From Dictyostelium discoideum (Eukaryota): DNA of 64,000 nucleotides. The translations under genes were made by a program, and so were the position numbers. Shown here piece by piece: positions 1 through 13,856 of the stretch. The notes beneath the pieces are model-generated. The model ran no database searches and was not told the origin of the DNA. It saw only the letters and a program-made list of their open reading frames with translations. Every line of letters begins with the position of its first letter. Position 1 is the stretch's first letter. The DNA lies in NCBI GenBank assembly GCA_000004695.1, contig CM000152.2:2080001-2144000 (forward strand). Reading direction: 5' to 3'.

Positions 1-1114
1 TTTAGAGGCATCCAATTGGTGGCCTGAAGGAGTTTTTAAAAGTGGAGAAACCATTGAAGTTGAAGATGATTGAAAAACTGAAAATGGTGTCATTGGTGGA
101 TTTGGAATAACTTGTGATAATGGAGTCATTGGTGTAAGAGGTATTAAATGATCAGTATTACTTGGTTCAGAACCAAAACTTGTATTAATTTCATCACCAA
201 CATTATCATACTCTGAGGATGATTGAGGTGAAAATGAACCTTGAATCATGGTTGAATAATCTCCTTCCCCATCATATTCAATATCACTTTGTTGCTCTTG
301 ATCATATTCACTTAAATAACTACCACTATCATTTTGGTCTTGATCTTGATCATCATTTTGAACCTTATCATCATCATCATCATCATTAGTAGATCGATTC
401 ATAGTTTGTAAAAACTTTGAAGAAATTGGAATTGCTTTCTTTGAGAATTGAGATGAATGATTAATCTTTGAAATAGTTGTTGGAATTGTATTGTTTTTAG
501 AAGCAATAATATTTGAAATATTTTGGAGTGGTACTTTCTATAATAATAAAAATAATAAATAATTTTATTATTAATATTATATTTTTTTAATAAAAAAAAA
601 AAATTAAAAAATTAAAAATTATGTTTCAATCTAATAAAATTTACCTTTTCACTATTAAATACTTTTGAAAGATTTGGTGTTTTTGGTGTCATTGGCAATG
701 CATTTGTTTTGAAGGTAAATTTCTTACCATACATAACGATGGTATCACCATCATTTAACAAGGCACTTGTACCATTTTCAACGGTGGATCCATTAAGACA
801 AGTAACATTAAATTTACTAAGATTGGAAATTGTTGGTCTCCCTTGCTTATTAAATTTAATTATGGCATGTTCTCTAGAGCAACCATAAATTTGAAGTCTA
901 AGATTACAATCAAGTGAACTTTAAAAAAAAAAAAAAAAAGTTTATAAAAAGAAAAAATAAAATTTTATGTAAGTTTTTTTTTTTTTTTTTTTTTTTATGG
1001 TTGATCAGTAGAATTAGTTTGAACTTACCTTCCAAATAAAAAATCTTTACCCTGTTCAATCTCCACTACTTGAGATGAAGGTAAAACCAAATGGAATGAA
1101 CGTAATGTTTCCAT
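1..1114 (-). CDS. FHA (forkhead-associated) domain protein, three exons visible; the gene continues past the window start
   Basis: Minus-strand ATG at 1114..1112. Exons are 1029..1114 (METLRSFHLVLPSSQVVEIEQGKDFLFG), 645..918 and 1..537. Intron donors read GTAAGT and GTAAAT, acceptors TTTAAAG and ATAG, and the phases match. Exon 2 encodes an FHA fold (LDCNLRLQIYGCSREHAIIKFNKQGRPTISNLSKFNVTCLNGSTVENGTSALLNDGDTIVMYGKKFTFK). The open frame runs off position 1. Confidence 0.7.
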
Positions 1115-1201
1115 AATGAATTTAATAAATAATTATTATTTTTATTTTTATCTTTTGAAAATTTTATAATCTTTGTTATTTTATTTTATTTTTTTTTTTT
1201 T

Positions 1202-1234
<33 letters not shown>

Positions 1235-1884
1235 TATATGTATAATTTATTTAATTAAAAACAAGAGTGAAAAAGTTTACAAAGTAAAAAGAATATTGAA
1301 AAAAAAAAAATTAAAAATTAAAAATTAAAAAAAAAATTAAAAATTTAATTTAATAAAAAAAAAAAATAAAAAAAAAAAAAAAAAGCGGGAAAAAAAATTT
1401 TTTATTACAGGAATTTTACTAAATTTGGTGAAAGTGTTTTTTTTTTATTATATTTGTTTTTGTTGGTAAAATTTCTACATAAATTCACTGATCATCAAAT
1501 TCAACGTGCACTCTATGACAATCGTAATGATCTTATCTTTGTACCTCCAAATTAGTTTTTTTTATTACAACAATTAAAACATTGAAATTTTACCAACATA
1601 ATAATATAAATAAAAAAAAAAAAAAACACTTTTTATATAAACGCATTCAATCTATAGACAATAAATCTATTTTAACTAAATGTCTAATTTTTTAATTATT
1701 ATTTTTTTTTTTTTTTATAATTATCCATTGTAGTTCCTTTTTATTTTTTTTATTTTTTTTTGTGAGAAATTAAAAATATATTGAAAATCAAAAACATTTC
1801 GATAACTTGCACAAATTGTGTGTGTGTGTGTGTGTGGATGTGTTGGTTTAATCATAAAATATCTCAAATTAAAATTTTATTTGA

Positions 1885-1886
<2 letters not shown>

Positions 1887-1953
<67 letters not shown>
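1887..1953. repeat. Poly(A) homopolymer of about 67 nt in intergenic DNA; an adjacent (TG)10 lies at 1817..1836
   Basis: Seen directly. Confidence 0.9.
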
Positions 1954-1957
<4 letters not shown>

Positions 1958-2244
1958 TAAAGCATCTGTATGGTTATTATAATTATATTATTTTATTCTT
2001 AAAAGGCCTTACATTTTCGTTTGTAAGTTAAAAAAATATATTTTTTTTTAAGAAACTGATGTATTTGTTATATGGTTTTTTAAAAGAAAAAAAATCAAAA
2101 GGGTTTTTAAAATAATTAGGGGGAAGAACGTTTATTATTATTTAAATAATTTTTTATTTTTGGGTAATCAAATCAAAAAAAAAAAAAAAAAAAAAAAATT
2201 AAAAAATAAAAAAAAATTAAAAAAATTAAAAAAAAATAAAAATA

Positions 2245-2276
<32 letters not shown>

Positions 2277-2843
2277 AAAATAAAAAAATAAAAAAATAAA
2301 ATTAAAAAAAAAAAAAAAAAAAATTGGGTATAAAATTAAAACAAACAAAAAAAAAAAAGACATAAATAATAGTATAAAGCTATTTTGTATTTAAATACAA
2401 AAACAATTCAATAAAAAGACAATAAAAAAAAATATTAATAATAATAGTCATAACTGAATATATAAATAAAAATTTTGTAACATTAATAAAAAATAAAAAA
2501 ATTAAATTTTTAAAAAAAAAAAAAAAAAATTAAAAAAAAATTTAAAAAAATTTAAATATAATAATAACAACAATAATAATAATAATAGTAATAATAATAG
2601 CCTTATAATAATAGCCCTAATAATAATAATAATAATAATAATTTATAATAATAACAATAGTAATAAAATAATAAAATAAATAAATAAATAAATAAATATC
2701 ACAATATAAAAAAAATAAAATAAAAAAAAATAATAATATAGTAAAACCTAATATAAATAATAAATAATAAATATAAATAATAAATATAAATAATAAATAA
2801 TAAATAATAAAATAATAAATAGAAATAAAATAACGAATAATAA

Positions 2844-2874
<31 letters not shown>

Positions 2875-2918
2875 CACATTAAAAGAATTAAAGTAACAAA
2901 AAAAAAAAAACTAAAAAA

Positions 2919-3325
2919 ATGATGGTTCCATCACTATCAACATCAATCTCTTCGCCCGCATTATTTAAAGTAAGAGAGAAAAAAAAAAAAAAAAAAAACA
3001 AAAAAAACAAAAAAAACAGTAACAAAAAAAAAGAAAAAAATAAAAAACTTACATTTTTTAAACTTATTATTATTATTATAGAATAGAGAAGGTGGAGAGG
3101 AAGGAAATGATGGTGGTCTTGAACAATTACAAAACCAAGTTAATGATCTAGGTGATTTAAATTTCAATGAAGAGGGTGATTACAATAATGATCAGCAACC
3201 TACAAATGAAGAGGAGGGTACAGCTGATAATGAATTAGAAAGTTTAATGTCATTAGTTAATGATAATAATAATAATAACAACAACACCAGTGGCATTGAT
3301 GATGATAATAATAATGATATTGATG

Positions 3326-3384
<59 letters not shown>

Positions 3385-3979
3385 GAAGGATTAAATGATT
3401 TATTTATATCATCAATAAATGTATCAACATTATTGAATGATTTAGATCAATTATCAGATACACATTCACATGCAAGTGTTAGTAATCAAAGTAGTAATGG
3501 TAGTGTAAGAAGAGGATATGATATTAAAACACAAAGATCAGTTGGCACAAAGGGACAAGGCGGAAGTAGTGGTAGTTCACCAAGATCAAACTCACTCAGA
3601 GTCTATAGAACTTTTCCATATAGAGGTGATCATCATTTCTCTTGGTTAAATAATATTAGAGATGTAGATAGTAGTGAAGATCCAAATTCTTGTCATAATA
3701 GTAATAATAATAATAAAAATAATAAAAACAATCAACCATCTTCGACACATGATCAAACAAACATCAATAATAATAATAATAACAATTGTAACGATAACGA
3801 AAAACCCATTAAACCAAATTCAACTAATGGAATTAGACATAGCAGAAAATATAAAGGTTTACAACAATTAGATTTTTTAGGTTCAAATATAATACTACCA
3901 CAGCAACAACAACCACAACCAATTGAAGATAATCAACAAGTTGTACCACAACCATTTCAAGTAGATGCCGAGTCTAACT

Positions 3980-4056
<77 letters not shown>

Positions 4057-4489
4057 AATAATAATAATAATGATAATGAAAATAATCAACACCCAATAAA
4101 CCCTGTAAATACTCAAAACACCCAACAAAATGTAACACATAGTAATAATAATAATAACAATAATAATAATAATACAGCACCACCAAATCAATGGTCAGAA
4201 TTAATTGAAAGTTTAGGATATGGTTCACAATCTGATGAACAAAAAACGTTTGGATCGACATTGGATGATTTAAATAATGCAAATAGTTGTTCAGATTTAA
4301 AGGATTTAATAGTTGATGGTATTTCAATAAATAATGAAACTAGTCCTTCCCAAAGTCAAGAAATAACAGATTTTAGTAAAATTGATAATTTAAATAAAAA
4401 TATCAATATCAATAATAATAATAATACAGATTCACAACAACCATTACCCTCAATAGATGTAAATTTTAGCCATAATAATAACAATAATA

Positions 4490-4564
<75 letters not shown>

Positions 4565-6134
4565 TACAAGATATTCAAATACCATATCACCAAAATGATC
4601 AAGATTATAATATACAAGAAGGTAACGATATTAATAATGATAATTATGAAATTAGGGTTAGTAATAACGATGATGATAATGATAGTAGTAATAATAATAA
4701 TAATAATAATAGTAAATTTCAAGAAAACTTAAATTTGTTGAATACGGGTATGGGTGGTAGAATTTGTAAAACAGATCAAAAGAAACAACTTTCTAGAACG
4801 ATTACATTTGCTGATCCATCTTCAATTCTCAGTTTTTTTGGTTCTATTCCAACTGATGAAGATCAAAATAATAATAATAATAAAAATAAAAATACTACTA
4901 CAACAACCACAACCACTAATACAACAACAACAACAACAACAACAACATCAGCATCAGCAGCAGCACAAAATAAATTAGATTTATTATCATCATTAAGTGC
5001 AGGACAATCTAGTGGTGGTGTTGGTGGTGGTAACAATGTATTAAATTCATCATCAACACCAGCAATAAAGGTTAATCATCAACATAAAGTAACAGAACAA
5101 AATAGAACATCATCAAAGATTAGTTTATCAACTATATTTCCAAAACTACCACCATTTACTAATCAACAATCACCACCAACTTTATCACCATCGAAATATT
5201 ATTATCCATTGTTACAACCTGAACCAACCACATTGATTAGAGGGTTCTCTTCTGCTGCTGATATAAATAAAAGAGGTCTAAAGAGAGCAAAGAAACCAAT
5301 GGAAATGGAGGATGTATATCTAACTCAATATCCATTAGGTGATGATCAAGATTCTCAAATTGCTTTATTCGCTATTTTCGATGGTCATTCTGGTAAAGGT
5401 TGTGCTGTTGCTGCAAAAGAAATATTTCCAAATGTATGTATAAAAAAAAAAAAATAGATATATCTATATAAAAATAAAAAAAATACATATATATTAATTA
5501 TTTTATTATTTTTTAGATTTTATTAAAATATATTAAATCAACAAAGAATGAAAATGGTGGTAAACCAATTTATGATATGAGAGGAGTATTTTTAAATGCA
5601 TTTAAAGAAGTTGATGCACAATTAAGTAAATTTGAATATGAAGGAGCAACAGCTACTGTTTGTTTAGTTTGGAGAGCAGGTCATCAAAGATTTGTACAAT
5701 CGGCGAATGTTGGTGATTCAACTGCATTCCTAAGTTATGGAAATGAAACATTGTTCCTAAGTAAAGATCATCGTGCAACTGATCCAGAGGAAATTCAAAG
5801 AATTAAAAATGATGGTATTACATTAACTGAAGGACAAACTAGAATCAATGGTTTAATGGTTAGTAGAGCATTGGGTGATCATTTCATTAAACATCTAAAT
5901 TGTGGTCTTTCTGGTGAACCTTATGTTTCACCACCAATTTCAATCACACCATTTCATTCTCATTTAATCGTTGCTTCTGATGGTCTTTGGGATGTTATTT
6001 CTGGAAATCGTGCTATGGAAATCGTTAAAGTTCAACAAACTGAAGAGAAAATGTCAAATTCTTTACTTCAATGTGCAATTGGTTCAATTAAAGCTAAAGA
6101 TAATATTTCAATTATCGTTGTAACACTTCAGTAA
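2919..6134 (+). CDS. PP2C-family Ser/Thr protein phosphatase with a long Asn/Thr-rich N-terminal low-complexity region
   Basis: Exons are 2919..2969 (MMVPSLSTSISSPALFK), 3082..5433 (contains ORF 3247..5457) and 5517..6134 (ORF 5577..6134). The introns are 2970..3081 and 5434..5516, each GTAAGA/GTATGT to TTTTAG with phase 0. The PP2C motif FAIFDGHSGKGCAVAAKE sits at the end of exon 2. Exon 3 carries the catalytic core (GATATVCLVW, SANVGDSTAFL, VSRALGDHF, ASDGLWDV). Confidence 0.8.
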
Positions 6135-7384
6135 AAAAAAAAAAAAAAAAGTTTTAATCACTTCAAAAAGGAAAAAAAAAAAAAAAAAAAAAAAAGGAAA
6201 AAAAAAGAAAAGTAAAAAAAAAAAAAAAATAATAGACAAGTTTAAAAATAAAAATAAAAAAAAAAAAAGAAATTTTAAAAAAATAATAATAATAATAATA
6301 ATAGTAATAATATTTTTTTATATTTATTAAAAAAGGATGGTTTATGAAAGTTTTGGAGTGATCAGTAATTGATTATTACGGAAATCAATCAGATCGATAA
6401 TAAACAACCGTTTTATAGATCAAAATTTAGATTGAAAAATTTTACAAAAAAAAAAAAAAAAAAAAGGAATCAGGGAGTGAAAAAAAAAAAAAAAAAAAAT
6501 CAAAATTTTTTTTTTTTTCGATTGGAATCGAGATCTAGATCAGAAAATGAGGTTTTTTTTTCATTGGTTTTCTTTTTTTTTTTTTATTAATAGACTTTTT
6601 TTCTTTTTTTTTTTTTTTTTTTTTTTTCGGTTTGCAGTTGTTTTAAAAATGAAATGTTTTTTTTTTTCATTTATTTTCTTTTTTTTTTCAAAATATTTTC
6701 ATTTTACATTCATTATTTTACGAACTAATAATAATTAAATATTAATAATTAATAAAATTATTATTATTATTTTCAATTACATTTTTTTTTTTGTTGTTTC
6801 AAAAATTGAAAAAGTAAAAAAAAAATAAAAATTATAAAAATAAATTAAAAAATTAAGTTATATATAAATAAAAAAAATTAAATTTCCTTCTTTTTTTTTT
6901 TTATTTATTTTTAATTATTTTAATTTTTTTTTTTTTTTTTTAAAAAAAATCCAATTTATTTTTATAATAATATTATAATTACCCAAGTCCGAACTAGCAT
7001 CACCCCCATCACCAAAAAAAAAAAATATAAAAAAAAAAAAAAAAAAAAAAAAGGAAATAAAACACACTTTCAAACACAAACACCTTTTTGGGTATTGTAA
7101 CAAAAAAATTATAATTGAATAAAAAAAAAAAAATAATATATAAATAAAACAAAAATATAAATAAAAAAATAAAAAAAAAAAATAAAAAATAATAAATTGA
7201 AAAAAATATATTTATTAAAATCAAATCAAATCATTCCTTTCATTAATAAAAGGAATTTTGTATGTAATAATTATTTATTTATTTAATTTTTATTTAATTT
7301 TTATTTAATTTTTTTATTAAATTTTTAATTAATTTTTTTTATTTTTTTATATTTTTTTATATTTTTTTATAACTCCATCCACAA

Positions 7385-7386
7385 AA

Positions 7387-7469
<83 letters not shown>

Positions 7470-7470
7470 A
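7385..7470. repeat. (AAAT)n tetranucleotide microsatellite of about 21 units, just upstream of the LRR gene
   Basis: aaataaataaataaat… is seen directly. Confidence 0.9.
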
Positions 7471-7530
7471 TATTAATAAAAAAAAAAAAAAAAAAATAGG
7501 AATAAAAAAAAAAAAAAAAAAAAAAAAAAA

Positions 7531-9153
7531 ATGACTATTAAAAATAAAATTAAAGAATTAAATAAAAATAAATTAAATAAATTAGATATTAGTGGATTAA
7601 AGATTAAAGATGGTGTACCAAAAGAATTAACAAAACCTTTATCAGATAATAAAAATGTTGTTTTAAAAATTATTGAATTGGATTTAAGTTTTAATCAAAT
7701 TAAATTCAATCAATTTATGGAAGAATATGGAAATATGTCAAATGAATTTTCAACATTAGAAATATTGAATTTATCTGGTAATCCCGAGAATGGCGGTAAC
7801 GGTTGGAATATGTCAATTATTAAATCACCACAATCAATCCAACGTTGGAATCAATTGTTAGAGTTGAATTTAAGTGGTTGTAAATTGGGTAAACTTTTAA
7901 CAAGTACAAGTTTTCAACATTTAGGAAAATTAAAGAAACTTGTAATTTCAAATACAAATTTAGAAATGATTGATGATCAAGCTTTCTCACCATTGAAATC
8001 AACATTGGAGGAATTGATTCTCGCTGGTAACTCATTACTTAAGAGCATACCAAGTTCGTTGTTAGATTGTAAACAATTGGAGGTATTGGATCTAAGTAGT
8101 TGTGGTTTAAATCAGTTACCAGATTTATTTGGTGCTTGTTTAACTTCAATTTTGGAATTAAATTTGGGTAATAATAAATTACAAGAATTACCAAATTCAA
8201 TTGGTAGAATGAAAAGATTATGCTTTTTAAATCTACAAGATAATCTAATACAAGACCTACCATTATCAATTGGTTATTGTGTTGGTTTAGGTCAATCCTC
8301 ACCTGGTATCAATATCTATGGTAATCCATTAACTAAAAATCAAGAATTAAATTTCCGTAAATCAAGAGGTGCCTCTGAAATTATGGATTATCTTGAAAAA
8401 AGAGTAACATTACATATTGGTCCTGTACCATTAGGTGGTTCAATAGCAACTCCACCTTCACCAATTACAAATAGTCGTCCACCAACTTTTGAAAAAATTA
8501 ATGATATTCGTCCACCAAGATATAGTAATATTGGTTTATCTTCTTCACCAATTTTACCTTCGTCATCATCTTCTTCATCTTCTTCACCATTATCACCATC
8601 ATCATCATCAACTCCACCATCACCACAATATAATTTAAATTCAAATGTAAATACAAATGTAAATAATAATAATAATAATAATAATAATATTTTAAATACA
8701 ACATTATTTGAAATACCTGGACCAAAACCAATTAAAGATCAAATTCAAATAATTTTACGTGTAGATATTAAAACAATAATGAAAAGAATATTTGATGCAG
8801 TTGGTTTAACAAATAATGTTTCACCATTAATTCAACAACAACAATTGGTTACAATTGGTAATACAATTACACCCGCTCAACAAGAACTTGATAAGTTATT
8901 TGCTTGTTTAGGTATTAAAACTGATCATTTCAATTTTAATTCACCAATACCTTCAAATTCTGATGAGAAAATTGTACAAATTAAAAAAATTATAAATTTG
9001 AAATTGGAAAAAATTGCACTCTTTTCAAGATCACTTTTGGAATATATTGATCATCAAAATCAATATCAATCAAATTCTCCAGATTATGATAAAAGAATTT
9101 CATTAATTTTTAATTCTTTAAATCAATTCACTTCAAAATTAAATAAAATTTAA
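7531..9153 (+). CDS. Leucine-rich repeat protein, 540 aa, with a Ser/Pro/Asn-rich central linker
   Basis: Single ORF 7531..9153. It has repeated LxxLxLxxNxL units ([69 protein letters not shown]). An A-rich stretch lies upstream and the ORF ends TAA. Confidence 0.75.
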   Translation: [540 protein letters not shown]

Positions 9154-9292
9154 TAAAAATAAAAATAAAAATTAATAAAAATAAAATAAAAATAAAAAAA
9201 TAAAAAAAATTAATATATAAATATAAATAATAAATATAAAAATATACAAAAATAAAATAAAAGTTTTTTTAAAATAAATATATTTATTTTTG

Positions 9293-9324
<32 letters not shown>

Positions 9325-9479
9325 AAACACAAATAAAGATTTTTTATTTTTTTTTTTTTATTTTTTTTTTTTATTAAAAAAAAAGTGATTACTTTTCAAA
9401 GAAAAAAATCCAACCAATTATCAAAAAAAAAAAAAAAAAAAAGTGATTTTTTTTTTTTTTTTTTTTTTTGATTGGCTTG

Positions 9480-9512
<33 letters not shown>

Positions 9513-9635
9513 AACTTATTTTCATTATTAAAAAAAAAAAAAAATCAAAAGTTATTCATTTTGATACTTTATTTATTTTTATTTAAATATTAAATATATT
9601 TTAAAAACAAAAAAACAAAAAAAAAAAAAAAAAAC

Positions 9636-10237
9636 ATGATGGCAGAAACATCTTTTGAGGATGCATGGTTTTCAAATAATAAAAGTGGATATTTAGATGA
9701 TGTTAAACAATTAATTCAAAGTAAAAAAGTGCAAATTGATTTATCTGATCATTTAGGAAATACAGCATTACATTATGCATCAAATGCAGGTCACACTGAA
9801 GTTGTTGAAGCATTAGTAAATGCTGGTGCAAATATAAATATTAAAAATAAACATGGTGATACACCACTTCATAAAGTAAGTTTTATTTATTTATTTTTTT
9901 TTTTTACTAAAATAATAATTAAATCATTTTTTTACTAAAATAATTAAATCATTTTTTTTTTTTTTTTTTTTGGAATTATTTTTTTTTTTTCTTTTATTTT
10001 TTTTATTTTTTTTATTTTTAGGCAGCAGGTAGAAATAGATTAGAAACAGTTAAATTTTTAGTAAAATCAAAAGCAAATGTTGAAATTGAAAATGTAGATA
10101 AAGAAAGACCATGTGATATTACAAATAATCAAGATATTAAAAATGAACTTTTACCAGTCGTTGAATATGAAGATGATGATGAAGATGATGTCAAAGAAGA
10201 TTCAGACTATGATAGTGAAGATGAAGGTGATAATTAA
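9636..10237 (+). CDS. Small ankyrin-repeat protein with an acidic C-terminal tail, two exons
   Basis: Exon 1 is 9636..9875 (…GNTALHYASNAGHTEVVEALVNAGANINIKNKHGDTPLHK). The intron runs 9876..10021 (GTAAGT…TTTTAG). Exon 2 is 10022..10237 (AAGRNRLETVKFLVKSKANVEIEN…EYEDDDEDDVKEDSDYDSEDEGDN, stop at 10235). Ankyrin repeat consensus G-TALH/G-TPLH is present. Confidence 0.75.
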
Positions 10238-10397
10238 AAAATATATATATATAAAAAAAAAAAAAAAAATACTTCCAACCTTCTTTTGTAGAATATAATA
10301 TAATATAATAAATAACAATAAAAAAAAAAAAATAAAAAATAAAAAACAACCTTAAAATGTAAATTTAAATATTTAAACTTTCTATTTATTTTTTTAA

Positions 10398-10429
<32 letters not shown>

Positions 10430-10458
10430 TTATTATTATTCTTTTTTTTAAATCATTA

Positions 10459-10837
10459 TTATTATTCTTCAGATTTTAATGTTAAATGAAAAGGTTTCTT
10501 CTCTCCATAATTTAAATCAATATTACTACAAACTCTACAATTATTATTATTTTCATTATTATCATTATTATTATTTTCATTATTATTATTTTGATTACCA
10601 AAATATTTAAAATTATTATCATTATTTATATTTTCATAAGAATCAACATTTAAATTTAACCAATAATTTCTATTATTTTTATACCAAATAAAAGTTTTTT
10701 CAATTCCTTCTTCCCATGATATTGATTTTTTCCAACCTAAATTTGATAACTTTGAATAATTTATATTATATCTATGATCATTAAATGGTCTATCATCAAT
10801 ATAATTTATAAATTTCTTATAATCCATTATATTAAAA

Positions 10838-10920
<83 letters not shown>

Positions 10921-12082
10921 TAAATTTATTGATATATTAATTATTTTTTTTGCGACATCTAAATTTGAAATTTCAAAATCGGTACCAATATTATAAACAT
11001 TCCCAATTTCACCTTTTCTTAAAATGATATCAAATGCACTAACGATATCATCAATATATAAATAATTTCTTGTATTTTTACCTGTACCATGTATTGTACT
11101 AAAAAATTAATAATTAATAATTAATAATTATATATATATAAAATAAAATAATATAAATTTATATTATTTTAAATGATTTAAATTACCATTTTTTATTATT
11201 TAACAATAAATTTATAAATTTTGGAATAATTTTTTCAGGATATTGCTTTGGACCATAAATATTATTAGCTCTAGTTATTATAACAGGTAATTTAAATGAT
11301 TTATAATATGATTGAACTAAATGTTCTGCACCTGCTTTACTTGCTGAATATGGATTAGTTGGATTTAATATTGATTTTTCATTTGATGATTGATTAATAC
11401 TATTATTATTATCATCGTTATCTTCAATTAAACCACTTCCATAAACTTCATCAGTACTAACATAAATAAATTTCTTTAATTTATAATTTTTACAAGTTTC
11501 TAATAGATAATGAGTTCCTAATATATTATTCTCTGTAAATTTTATTGATTGTTTAAATGAATTATCAACATGAGTATATGCTGCTAAATGTATAACAATA
11601 TCAATTTTCTCTTTTTCAAATATATTTTCTAATAATTCTGAATCCAATATATTTCCCTATAATTTTTTTTTTTAAAAAAAAAAAAAAAAAAATTAAAAAT
11701 TAAAAATTAAAAAATTATTAAATATTTAATTTATAAATATAAAAAAAAAAAAAATTAAATTAAAAATTGATTATTACTTTATAAAATTTGAAATTTAATT
11801 CTTTTAATACACAACCCAAATTGTTAATATTTGAACAATAATCGAGTTTATCTAAAACAATTATTTTTGAATTTTTAAACTTTTTAGTTAGATAAATTGC
11901 TAAATGTGATCCACTATTTTAATTATAATTGAATGAAGAAAGAAAAAAAAAAAAAAAAAAGGTTAGTTTCAAATATTAAATTAATAAAAAATAAAAATTT
12001 AAAAAATAATCAAATCATACATAAACCCTGCTCCACCTGTTATTAATATTTTTTGAATAAATAGGTCATCTTTATTATTCAT
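10459..12082 (-). CDS. dTDP-D-glucose 4,6-dehydratase (TGDS/RmlB-like NAD-dependent epimerase/dehydratase), four exons
   Basis: Minus-strand exons are 12021..12082 (MNNKDDLFIQKILITGGAGF), 11778..11913 (IGSHLAIYLTKKF…NFKFYK), 11187..11656 (GNILDSELLENIFEKEKIDIVIHLAAYTHVD…YVSTDEVYG…YSASKAGAE…YGPKQYPEKIIPKFINLLLNNKK) and 10459..11098 (CTIHGTGKNTRNYLYIDD…NIGT…, then an Asn run from (ATT)n, then DDRPFNDHRYNI…GW, stop). The introns are 11914..12020, 11657..11777 and 11099..11186. Total length is 1308 nt, in frame. The protein aligns along its length to human TGDS as I recall it (GGAGFI, YxxxK, EKVIPKFI…CCIHGSG). Confidence 0.85.
10838..10920. repeat. (ATT)n microsatellite that encodes poly-Asn in the minus-strand dehydratase
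   Basis: It is a perfect ATT tandem repeat of about 27 units, and it lies in frame inside the last exon of the TGDS-like gene. Confidence 0.9.
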
Positions 12083-12677
12083 TTTTTTAAATAATCTTTT
12101 TTATATTATTATATTTTTTTTTTTTTTAAAAATTAAAAGGAAAAAAAAAATAAAAAAAATCCTTTTTTTAAAAAATTAAATATAAACTATAATATTACTT
12201 TACTTTAAAAATTATTAAATTTATTTATTGTATTCTAACCCCTTTTAAAATGTTTCATTTTTTTTTAATTTTTCTTTTTTTAATTTAAAAAAAAAAAATA
12301 TTAAAAAAAAAAAAAAAAATATTAAAAAAAAAAAATAAAAAGCAACAAAAAAAAAAAAAAAAAAATTAATAAAAATAAAAAAAAATAATAAAAAAAAAAA
12401 AAATTGGGTGTTGAGATATAAATAAATATTCAAATTATTCAGAAAAAGGTAAATTTGAAATTGATTTAAAAAAATAAAAAAATAAAGATAAAACGCCTTC
12501 TGGAAATTATTTTTTTTAAAAAATTTATAAATAATATTATTCTAATTTTTATCCTTTGAATTATTATTAATTTTATTTGAAAAATAAAATTAAATTGAAA
12601 TTGGTAAATCTTAAAAAATGATTGGCGAATTTGGATGTTTTGGAAAAAAAAGAAAAAAAAAAAAAATAAAAAATGGC

Positions 12678-12708
<31 letters not shown>

Positions 12709-13379
12709 CATTATCATTTTTAATTCTAATTATTTTTTTTTTTTATTCTTTAAAATCAAGAACTCTTTTTTTTTTTTTTTTTTCTAATTTTTTTTTTTTT
12801 TTTTTTTTTTAAGCAAAAAATTAAAATAGTATATGTTTAGGTAAGGGTTATTAATTATAAAAATAAAAAAAACTTTCGTTTTGGAATGGAATATTCTTCG
12901 AAATTTAAAAAAATCTGATGGATTTGGATTTTAAATTTTATTTTTATTTTTTTATTTTATTTTTTTTCATTTTTTTTAATTTTTATTTTTTTTTTTTTTT
13001 TTTTTCTTCTTTCACTCGTCTTTTCTCTAAAAGAATAATAAAGTAAAAAAAATAAAAAAAATAATATTAATAATAATAATAATAATAATTAATAAAAACA
13101 TAATTATTGTTTGAAAAAAATATTAGTAAAATCATAAAAACTACTAGTTTTGTACAAACATTTTTTGCGTGTATGTACGAAAATTGAATCTAATTTTTTT
13201 TTTTTTTTTTTTTTTTCATAGCACAAAGAAAATTTGTACTTTCGCACGGAAGTAAGCCCAAAATTAATTAATTATCATAAAAAAACTATTAAATTTCATT
13301 TTTTGCCAATTGATTCACTGAATTGATTCAACTTTTCTAAAAATCTATTTTTTTTTTTTTTTTTTTTTTTAAAATTTTT

Positions 13380-13416
<37 letters not shown>

Positions 13417-13691
13417 GCAATTTTTTACAAATCTTCGCACGAAGAACATCGCATATAATTATCTTTCCAATTAATTATACACCATCAACAAAAATTTATT
13501 TTTGTACTTATTTATTATTTTTAAAAACAACAATAATAAGATAATAAATGTTGCATTTATATTAAAAAAATAAATAAAAAATAAAAAATAAAATAAAATA
13601 AATTCAACAAGGTTGGAACATTAAAAATAAAATAAAAAGGTAGAGTACCCAAGCCACTTCAAAAATATTGTAATTTTTTTTTTAAAAAAAA

Positions 13692-13722
<31 letters not shown>

Positions 13723-13787
13723 TAAAAATAAAAATAAAAATAAAAATAATTGATCATTAGAAGAAAAAGAAATGACCAATAATAGAC

Positions 13788-13836
<49 letters not shown>

Positions 13837-13856
13837 AAATAAAAAACTCAAACATA

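Noticed and set aside
2617-2877. ORF-track ORFs of 60-120 aa composed of poly-F/I/Y/N/K (for example 2617..2877, 2961..3167, 3895..4191, 4356..4565, 6369..6738, 7009..7224, 12245..12812, 13621..13884, 14406..14732, 34307..34613, 51826..52086)
   Set aside because: They are translations of A/T homopolymer or microsatellite spacer, or antisense and alternative frames of poly-Asn/Gln coding tracts. No start context or splice logic is present, and the composition is pure low-complexity.
6505-6540. Perfect short palindromes tcgattggaatcga and gatctagatc downstream of the PP2C gene
   Set aside because: They are too short (6-10 bp stems) to distinguish from chance in a 64-kb window; they are noted only as a possible 3'-UTR hairpin.
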